64,000 nt of DNA from Alphaproteobacteria bacterium (GTDB lineage Bacteria; Pseudomonadota; Alphaproteobacteria; SP197). The notes under the pieces are model-generated. The model saw nothing but the letters and a program-made list of their open reading frames with translations, had not been told where the DNA came from and searched no databases. Below, one piece after another: positions 57,073 to 64,000 of the stretch; the stretch's first letter is position 1; each line of letters begins with the position of its first letter. Location of the stretch: the NCBI GenBank assembly GCA_965228895.1, contig OZ245842.1, forward strand, positions 4,640,001-4,704,000, in the 5' to 3' direction. Position numbers and translations under genes: made by a program.

Positions 57073-57912
57073 CTACTCCGCTGCGTCGTGCACCATGTGC
57101 ACCGTGCGCTGCGGGAACGGGATTTCGATGTTCTTGGCGTCGAGCTTTTCCTTGAACGCCTTGGTCAGGTCCCAGCGGATCGGCCAGACGTGCTCCTGCT
57201 CGGTCCACAGGCGGATCGTCACGTCGACGGCGCTGTCGCCGAGATTGGAGATCATGACCTGGGCCTCCGGGTCTTTCAGCACACGCGGCTCGCCGGCGAT
57301 GACCTCATGGATAGCGGCCATGGCGTCATCCATGTTCTCGCCATAACCGATGCCGATGGTCCAGTCGACGCGGCGGATGTCATGATGGCTGTAGTTCTTG
57401 ACCGTGGTGCCCCAGACATCGCTGTTGGCCAGGATGACCTGCACGTTGTCGGGTGTGGTGAGCTCGGTTAGAAACAGCCCAATGCTCTCGACCGTGCCGG
57501 ACTCACCGCCCGCTTCGACATAATCGCCGACGTTAATCGGGCGGAAGAACAGCAACATGATGCCGGCCGCCATATCCGAGAGCGTGCCCTGCAACGCCAG
57601 ACCGATGGCCAGACCCGCCGCGCCGAGGACCGCGAGCAGGCTCGCCGTCTGGATGCCGAACTGGTTGAGCACCGCGACGCCGACCAGGACCAGCACGACA
57701 TAGCGGACGGCGCTGGACAGGAACTTCTGCAGCGTCGGATCGATGTTGTCGACCCGTGAGAGCGCCCGGGCTGTCGCGCGGCGTGCCCAGCCGGCAACGA
57801 TAAAGCCGGCGACAACAAGGGCCAACGCCCCCAAGAGACTGAGGCCGTAGTCGACCGCGATGGCCGACAAATCCGTCGTCAGCTTGCTGATATCTTCTTG
57901 TGAGAAATCCAT
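57073..57912 (-). CDS. mscS: Small-conductance mechanosensitive channel
   Basis: GAAGLAIGLALQGTL TM3, RPINVGD, IEIPFPQR. Confidence 0.93.
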   Translation of the reverse strand: MDFSQEDISKLTTDLSAIAVDYGLSLLGALALVVAGFIVAGWARRATARALSRVDNIDPTLQKFLSSAVRYVVLVLVGVAVLNQFGIQTASLLAVLGAAGLAIGLALQGTLSDMAAGIMLLFFRPINVGDYVEAGGESGTVESIGLFLTELTTPDNVQVILANSDVWGTTVKNYSHHDIRRVDWTIGIGYGENMDDAMAAIHEVIAGEPRVLKDPEAQVMISNLGDSAVDVTIRLWTEQEHVWPIRWDLTKAFKEKLDAKNIEIPFPQRTVHMVHDAAE

Positions 57913-58012
57913 CGAACACTCCCGCCTAACGAAAAGCTTGCAGCGGGAGGTTCTGTTTCAGATTTCGAGGTTTAGTTCAATGGCAAGGAAACCTTGCCTA
58001 CGCGCGGCCGTT

Positions 58013-58083
58013 GCCAGCCCACTCCCCCTCCCGGCCACCCATGGCAGCATCCTCGGGGTGGCCGGGAGGGGGAGTGGGCCGGC
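58013..58083. repeat. GC-rich palindromic repeat family A, copy 3
   Basis: CCCACTCCCCCTCCCGGCCACCC-ATGGCAGCATCCTCG-GGGTGGCCGGGAGGGGGAGTGGG; compensatory T-A pair where copies 1 and 2 have G-C. Confidence 0.9.
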
Positions 58084-58107
58084 CAGGCGAGCCAGACAAC
58101 TATGCCT

Positions 58108-58668
58108 CTAGTCGGTCTCCAGCTCGCTATCCCAATAGAGATAGTCGCGCCAATCCTCGTGCAAAAAATTGGGCGGGAAACCCCGCCCGTTTTCGCGCAA
58201 CTGATAGGTGTTGGGCGCAAGCGGCTTAAGGCGCGGCAGCATGCCGGCCTCGCGGGGCATCCGGTTGCCCTTGCGCATGTTGCAGCCGCTGCACGCGGTG
58301 ACGACGTTTTCCCAGCTCGTGCGCCCGCCTTTCGAACGCGGGATGACGTGGTCGAAGGTCAGTTCCCGGGTCTCACGGCGGTCGCCGCAATACTGGCAGG
58401 CGAACATGTCGCGCAGGAAGACGTTGAAGCGGGTGAAGGCCGGGCGCTTGTTAAGCGGGATGAACTCCTTGAGCGCGATAACGCTGGGCAAACGCATCTC
58501 GAACGAGGGCGACCGCACGACGCGATCGTACTCACTCAGCGTCATGACCCGTTCCATGAACACCGCCTTCACCGCGTCCTGCCATGACCAGAGCGACAAC
58601 GGGAAATAGCTGAGCGGCCGAAAATCGGCGTTCAGCACCAAGGCCGGGCATGCTTCGGGCGGTGCCAT
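58108..58668 (-). CDS. HNH endonuclease family protein
   Basis: LVLNADFRPLS, CQYCG, TFDHVIPRSKGG, CSGCN. Confidence 0.9.
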   Translation of the reverse strand: MAPPEACPALVLNADFRPLSYFPLSLWSWQDAVKAVFMERVMTLSEYDRVVRSPSFEMRLPSVIALKEFIPLNKRPAFTRFNVFLRDMFACQYCGDRRETRELTFDHVIPRSKGGRTSWENVVTACSGCNMRKGNRMPREAGMLPRLKPLAPNTYQLRENGRGFPPNFLHEDWRDYLYWDSELETD

Positions 58669-58913
58669 CCGCGCTCTCCATCTCCTTCACGTCACGTTGG
58701 CGGCCGGGCCGATCCCGGCGGCGGGCGTATCATAACCAAGTCCGGGCGGACGTTAACACCGTAAATTGTCTGTTCGATGACAGATGCCCCCAGATGTTGG
58801 GTTCAGACGGGGTTCAGTCGCTGGGCGCGCGCGGCCGGGGACGGTGATGCACGGCGGACCGACAATGCTATAGGATGCCCGCCCCACTAGGTTCGTTTCC
58901 CGGAGACTGCTGT

Positions 58914-60137
58914 ATGCCCGCCGCCCTTGACGGAATCGTTGTGCTCGACCTCTCGCGCATTCTGGCCGGCCCCTGGTGTACCCAGGTCCTGGCCGATCTG
59001 GGCGCCGATGTGATCAAGGTCGAGCGGCCGGGCCGCGGCGACGACACGCGCCACTGGGGTCCGCCGTTCCTGAAAGACGGCGACGGCAACGACACGACGG
59101 AGGCCGCCTACTACCTCTCCGCCAACCGGGGCAAACGGTCGATCACCATCGACATGGCGAGCGAGGAAGGCGCCCAGATCGTGCGTGACCTCGCCAAGAA
59201 GGCGGACGTCCTGGTCGAGAACTACAAGCTCGGCGGGCTCAAGAAGTACGGCCTGGACTATGACAGCCTGAAGGACGAATGCCCCGGGCTGATCTATTGC
59301 TCGGTCACCGGCTTCGGCCAGACCGGCCCCTATGCGCCACGCGCCGGGTATGACTTTCTGGCCCAGGGCATGTCCGGCTTCATGTCGATCACCGGCGAAC
59401 GCGACGATCTGCCCGGCGGCGGGCCGCAGAAGGGCGGCGTCGCGATCTCGGACCTGACCACCGGCCTTTACTCGACCATCGCGATCCTGGCGGCGCTGAA
59501 CCATCGCCACAACACCGGCGAAGGCCAGCACATCGACATGGCGCTTCTGGATAGCTCGATCGCCTTGATGGCGAACCAGAACATGAACTACCTGACCTCC
59601 GGTGTGCCGCCGACGCGCTACGGCAACGCCCATCCGAACCTGTTGCCCTATCAGGTGTTCGAGACGGCGGACGATCCGATCATCATCGCCATCGGCAACG
59701 ACGATCAGTTCAAGAGGTTCTGCGACCTGGCCGGTGCGAGCGAGTTGGCCGCCGACGAACGCTACGCCACCAACCCCGCGCGCATCAGGAACCGCGATAC
59801 GCTGATGCCCCGGGTGGTCGAGCTGGTGAAGCAGGAGCCGCGCGCCTGGTGGGTCGAGAACCTGGAGCAGCGCAGCATTCCCTATGGCGTCGTCAACAAT
59901 TTCGAGCAGGTCTTCGCCGACCCCCAGGTTCAGGCCCGCGGCATGAAGTTCGAACTGCCGCATCCCACCGCCGGCACCATCCCGATGGTGCGAAGCCCGG
60001 TCAACCTGGAGGGTTCACCGCCGGTCTACAAACGCCCGCCGCCGCTTCTGGGCGAACACACCGACGAGGTGCTGGCGGAGTTTCTGGGCCTGTCCGAGGC
60101 GGAGATCACGAGTCTGAAGGACGATAAAGTGGTATAA
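58914..60137 (+). CDS. Class III CoA-transferase (CaiB/BaiF)
   Basis: LDLSRILAGP, DLGADVIKVE, ANRGKRS, GFGQTGP, PPLLGEHT. Confidence 0.93.
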   Translation: MPAALDGIVVLDLSRILAGPWCTQVLADLGADVIKVERPGRGDDTRHWGPPFLKDGDGNDTTEAAYYLSANRGKRSITIDMASEEGAQIVRDLAKKADVLVENYKLGGLKKYGLDYDSLKDECPGLIYCSVTGFGQTGPYAPRAGYDFLAQGMSGFMSITGERDDLPGGGPQKGGVAISDLTTGLYSTIAILAALNHRHNTGEGQHIDMALLDSSIALMANQNMNYLTSGVPPTRYGNAHPNLLPYQVFETADDPIIIAIGNDDQFKRFCDLAGASELAADERYATNPARIRNRDTLMPRVVELVKQEPRAWWVENLEQRSIPYGVVNNFEQVFADPQVQARGMKFELPHPTAGTIPMVRSPVNLEGSPPVYKRPPPLLGEHTDEVLAEFLGLSEAEITSLKDDKVV

Positions 60138-60160
60138 CCGCTACGCCCTACACGCCCTTT

Positions 60161-61384
60161 GTGGTTCCGGGTAGACTTCCCCCGAAAAAACGGGCGGAGT
60201 CCCGGCCTTTGAAGACAGTTCTTGTTCTCATCGTCCTCCTCATCGCCGGCGTTGCCGGGCTGCTCACCATCAAGCTCAGCCAAGAACCGGTGACGTGGGA
60301 CATGGACCCCACGCGGATGATCGTGCCGCTGGACAGGCCGGCGGTGTATGCGGCGGCGGGCGAGGACTTTCGCGCCGTCTTCGACTTCAACTATGTTTCA
60401 TCGGCAACAGAGCGCGAGATCCGACTCGGCAACTATGATCTCGCGGATCCTGGACTGATGGGCGTCGACCTGGATCCATCGGCGGTCATTCTGCTGCTCA
60501 ACACGGCAACCATCTACTTCTACAGCTGTTATCTCGACGCTTCGATCTCAGACATCGCTGCCAACAGCACGGAGTGTGACGCGGAGCTCGATTTTGAGAA
60601 CAGTTCGGCGTTCCTGACTGGCGCGCGCGACTTGGCCAAGGCGATGTGGCTGGAGGCCAACGCTTGGAACCGGGACGCCGTCGCCACCCTTTACAAGGAC
60701 GCGGGTGCGCAAATCGGCGGTGCGCTGGCGGGCGGCATATCGACATACGACGATGAGAACCGGCGCAAGGTCGCTGCGCTTGCGCGCGACTTCACGTTTG
60801 CGCGCATGGCGCGGCTGCGGTTGCTGAACGGCGACATCGACACGCCGCTGATCGACGGTAACTCGTTTAACCGATGGTGCGGCCCCGAGTTCGATGAGAC
60901 CTGTCCGGGCGGTCTTTCGACCTATCGCGCGATCAAACTCTACCTCGCAGGCCATCACAGAGACGCACGGACCACCGCCCTCGTCGCGCTGAAGGGCAGG
61001 CAGCCCTGGGTCTACCGCTCGCCTTACGAACATCCGCTGTTGTGGAATCTTGCCGCCTCGCGCCACGTCGGCGATGACGATGACAGCGACGTTCAACCGC
61101 TGATCGATGCCGCCTTGATCGAATGGCCCAACGATGCGCGCGTGACGCTCGAGGTCATGATCGGCGACGTCGACGCTGCCGGTCCGGACGATCCCATGTG
61201 GACGGCCTGCACGACGCCGGGCTGCCGCTTTTTTCTGGCCGAGTTCTTCGACGCCGCCGGCAACGCGGCCATGGCCGATGCGATGGCTTTGTCAGGGCTG
61301 GCACTGTGCGACGGCGTGCGCTCCGTCCTGTGCACGGCGCTGCGTACCTTCGACAGTCACACCGCGATGACCGGGTCTCCATGA
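60161..61384 (+). CDS. Hypothetical membrane-anchored/exported Cys-rich protein (paralog 1)
   Basis: N-terminal hydrophobic segment; shares ordered motifs with the next gene; start uncertain (GTG 60161 or TTG 60209). Confidence 0.72.
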   Translation: MVPGRLPPKKRAESRPLKTVLVLIVLLIAGVAGLLTIKLSQEPVTWDMDPTRMIVPLDRPAVYAAAGEDFRAVFDFNYVSSATEREIRLGNYDLADPGLMGVDLDPSAVILLLNTATIYFYSCYLDASISDIAANSTECDAELDFENSSAFLTGARDLAKAMWLEANAWNRDAVATLYKDAGAQIGGALAGGISTYDDENRRKVAALARDFTFARMARLRLLNGDIDTPLIDGNSFNRWCGPEFDETCPGGLSTYRAIKLYLAGHHRDARTTALVALKGRQPWVYRSPYEHPLLWNLAASRHVGDDDDSDVQPLIDAALIEWPNDARVTLEVMIGDVDAAGPDDPMWTACTTPGCRFFLAEFFDAAGNAAMADAMALSGLALCDGVRSVLCTALRTFDSHTAMTGSP

Positions 61385-62616
61385 AACTCCTGACGATTGT
61401 CCTTGTCATAGCTGGCTTGGCGTATGTGCAGACAGTGCACGGCCAAGATTTCGACCCGACCAATCAAATCCTGCCGTTTGCCCGAGAGCTACGACTCGTG
61501 GGTGATGGTGACTACGCCGAAGCCATAGATGCCCTCGCCGATACGTCCGCCGTTGTCCAGCAGTCCATCGCGGACCTCAATATCGACTGGGAGACCGTCG
61601 AACGCCGCGATCCGCGCCTCTCACCCTGGCTGACCGGCGTGATCAACCTCAACCTCGCGAACTACCTGTTTTGCCGGGCCTTGGGCAAACGCATGGGTGA
61701 CGGGCGTGTAACAGACACATGTACCGAAAACTGGGATAGCGATGCCTTGGCCATGTGGTGTCTGGTTCCGACGCAACTTGCGCGGGCTGCCTACAACGGG
61801 ATCGCGTTCGATGCCTGTGTGCGTGGAGGCGTACGGGAACTGGATGTCATTCAGACCAACCTCTGGCTTCTGGCGACCGCACTGTTTCTCGAGAGTGAAG
61901 GCAAGATTGAAACCGCGAAGGAGACCTACATCGAGATCCTGTCGTCTATCAACGAACTCAGCGACTACGAGCACCCACTCATGGTGCGTCGCTATGAAAG
62001 TACGACAGCCAATCTCCTGCTCGAAGACTACATCTACTATCGCTTCCACCGGCTGCGGTTGATGGCCCAAGAAAACGCCCGGTTCAAACCTGATTTTTGG
62101 TTTGATCTGCGAGAATGTCTGGTGGGCGACGAACCGCATTGCCCGGCGGCGACGTCGGGTCTGAGAGGACTGGCCCGCTATGTTGTGGGGTTTCGTCTCG
62201 CGGCCGGCGACGATTTGATCGATGCCGTCATGCGCCCGCAGTACTGGCTCGGCCTCGACGTCTACGAACATCCGCTGTTCTGGATCGCAGCCTTAGGTCA
62301 TCGCGGTGACGCGCGGTTCAGTATCGACGAATCCCTGCGCCACCAGTCCGAACTTGGTGACATGGTTACGCCCGATGTGCGTTACGTGCTCGACCTCTAC
62401 ACATCCGCTGCAACATTCGACGACGCGTTACCCGCTGCCTGCGGCACGGCGGGTTGCCGGTACTTCGTGGCGCAGTATCTCTATGGCGTTGACCGGATCG
62501 AAGAAGGCCATGCCGTCATCAAACAAGGGGCGGACGACTGTGCAACGACCGCCTCGCTCATGTGTGCCGCCCTGCGTTTCGCCGATCGTAAGATCGACTC
62601 TGGCGGTGTGCCATGA
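61381..62616 (+). CDS. Hypothetical exported Cys-rich protein (paralog 2)
   Basis: ATGA overlap with the previous stop; signal peptide MKLLTIVLVIAGLAYVQTVHG; YEHPLFW and ACGTAGCRYF motifs. Confidence 0.75.
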   Translation: MKLLTIVLVIAGLAYVQTVHGQDFDPTNQILPFARELRLVGDGDYAEAIDALADTSAVVQQSIADLNIDWETVERRDPRLSPWLTGVINLNLANYLFCRALGKRMGDGRVTDTCTENWDSDALAMWCLVPTQLARAAYNGIAFDACVRGGVRELDVIQTNLWLLATALFLESEGKIETAKETYIEILSSINELSDYEHPLMVRRYESTTANLLLEDYIYYRFHRLRLMAQENARFKPDFWFDLRECLVGDEPHCPAATSGLRGLARYVVGFRLAAGDDLIDAVMRPQYWLGLDVYEHPLFWIAALGHRGDARFSIDESLRHQSELGDMVTPDVRYVLDLYTSAATFDDALPAACGTAGCRYFVAQYLYGVDRIEEGHAVIKQGADDCATTASLMCAALRFADRKIDSGGVP

Positions 62617-62647
62617 TCGGCGGCAACGCCCACGAAAGGAGACGACC

Positions 62648-63010
62648 ATGCGCGCTATGATGATCACGCTCGCCTCGGCCTTGGCGCTGGCCACCTTCGC
62701 CCACGCCGGCCAGCCCGAGCTTGCCCTCGACGATTACCTCGCCTATGACGCGGACCAGCGGCAAGCCCACGTCATGGGACTCTGGGACGGGCTGATGGTG
62801 GCGGAAACCTATCACAAGACCCAGGAACTCGCCTGGCTCAGCGATTGCGGCGCCCATGGTGTTGACGTCGACGCAATGACCGAGGCGTTCGACAGTTACC
62901 TCGACGACCGGCCCGACGCCGCGGCCTTCAGCACGGGACACGCCTTCGTCTATGCCATGGCGCGCCACTGCGACAACGCGCCGCAGTTCTTGAAGGACCT
63001 GGCACGATAG
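62648..63010 (+). CDS. Small exported protein, Rap1a/Tai immunity-like
   Basis: AAGGAG RBS, signal peptide, pattern HVMGLWDG...C...YLDDRP...AMARHC. Confidence 0.55.
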   Translation: MRAMMITLASALALATFAHAGQPELALDDYLAYDADQRQAHVMGLWDGLMVAETYHKTQELAWLSDCGAHGVDVDAMTEAFDSYLDDRPDAAAFSTGHAFVYAMARHCDNAPQFLKDLAR

Positions 63011-63101
63011 GCGCCACGCACGCGACACGACACCACACCTGACTCTCGCCTCCGAACCCGATAACGTCGCCCAATCGCCACGCAACCTTGGGGAGGGTGT
63101 C

Positions 63102-64000
63102 ATGGGGGTCGTGATGGAGTTTCCGCGCAAGGTGAAAGTGCGCGAGAAGGGCGTTTGGATTCCGTTGCGTTCCGGCAAAAAGCTCGCCGCGCGCATCTGG
63201 CTGCCGGCCGACGCCAACAGCAAACCGGTGCCGGCGCTGCTGGAATACCTGCCCTACAGGAAGCGCGACATGACGCGGCCGGGCGACGAGCCCAAACACG
63301 CCTGGTTCGCCGGGCATGGTTACGCCAGCGTACGCGTCGATTTGCAGGGTGCGGGCGACAGTTTCGGCGTCATGCGTGACGAGTACGCTGCCCAGGAGCT
63401 GAAGGACGGCAAGGAGGTGATCGCCTGGCTTGCCAAGCAGCCGTGGTGCACAGGCAAGGTCGGCATGTTCGGCATCTCCTGGGGCGGCTTCAACTCGCTC
63501 CAGGTGGCAGCGCTGCGCCCGCCGGCGCTGAAAGCCATCGTCACCTCGTGCTCGACCGACGACCGCTATGCCTCGGACATGCACTATTCCGGCGGTTGTC
63601 TTTTGAATGACAACCTGGACTGGGGCACGACCTTCTTCTCGATCCTTGCCTTGCCCGGCGACCCCGAGATCATGGGGCCGGGCTGGCGCAAGAACTGGCT
63701 GGAGCGCCTCGACGGCATTCCCTGCCCGATCGAGACGTGGATGAAACACCAGCAGCGCGACGCCTATTGGAAACACGGCTCGGTCAACGAGAACTACCGC
63801 GACATCGAGTGCGCCGTCTTCGCCGTCGGCGGCTGGCTCGACGGCTATACCAACGCCATCCCGCGCCTGCTGAAAAATCTCAAGGTGCCGCGCCTCGGCC
63901 TGATCGGCCCGCACGCGCACCAGTGGGGCCAGTCGCTGCGCGCGCCGGGCCCGGCCATCGGCTTCCTGCAGGAGATGCTGCGCTGGTGGGACTATTGGCT
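63102..64000 (+). CDS. CocE/NonD-family hydrolase (3'-truncated)
   Basis: GGAGG RBS; LEYLPYRKRD, GYASVRVD, GMFGISWGG, VGGWLDGY; runs off the window end. Confidence 0.9.
   Translation, partial: MGVVMEFPRKVKVREKGVWIPLRSGKKLAARIWLPADANSKPVPALLEYLPYRKRDMTRPGDEPKHAWFAGHGYASVRVDLQGAGDSFGVMRDEYAAQELKDGKEVIAWLAKQPWCTGKVGMFGISWGGFNSLQVAALRPPALKAIVTSCSTDDRYASDMHYSGGCLLNDNLDWGTTFFSILALPGDPEIMGPGWRKNWLERLDGIPCPIETWMKHQQRDAYWKHGSVNENYRDIECAVFAVGGWLDGYTNAIPRLLKNLKVPRLGLIGPHAHQWGQSLRAPGPAIGFLQEMLRWWDYW

Noticed and set aside
9787-58083. Repeats considered as a CRISPR array
   Set aside because: Copies are dispersed, there is no repeat-spacer periodicity and no cas genes
58108-58668. HNH nuclease as a mobile or defence element linked to the adjacent repeat
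   Set aside because: Looks like the widespread stand-alone alphaproteobacterial HNH family with host-like composition; the other two repeat copies have no nuclease beside them

Overview
High-GC chromosomal window, most likely from an alphaproteobacterium (inferred from betI, coq7-dsbB-yqaA, the Slt type and the repeat families). From left to right it carries: the end of a SUF Fe-S operon (sufC'-D-S-U-T-A) and a soluble lytic transglycosylase; a quaternary-amine/osmolyte region (GGT, FAD oxidoreductase, BetI, ProVW-type ABC, Rieske oxygenase, BKACE, DddP-like M24 enzyme) split by a ~13 kb signalling block (APC permease, CheY-like/CheC/hybrid kinase facing an MCP-CheR-CheW-CheB-REC-CheA operon); a 7-gene V/A-type ATPase operon with a permuted gene order, a Na+-type K-subunit signature and a perfect FNR/FixK box upstream; tRNA-Leu(CAA); assorted metabolic genes; a low-GC orphan gene with its own promoter and palindrome; and a pair of Cys-rich exported paralogs followed by a Rap1a-like small protein. 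Two palindromic repeat families are present, three copies each. One is a TA-flanked 138-bp MITE-like element, a copy of which sits in the loop of a terminator. The other is a GC-rich hairpin with a compensatory base change and G-quadruplex-type arms. A 53-aa ORF divergent from a LysR gene is missing from the supplied ORF track. No CRISPR array, rRNA, integrase or transposase was seen. All calls come from reading motifs by eye; no database search was run.
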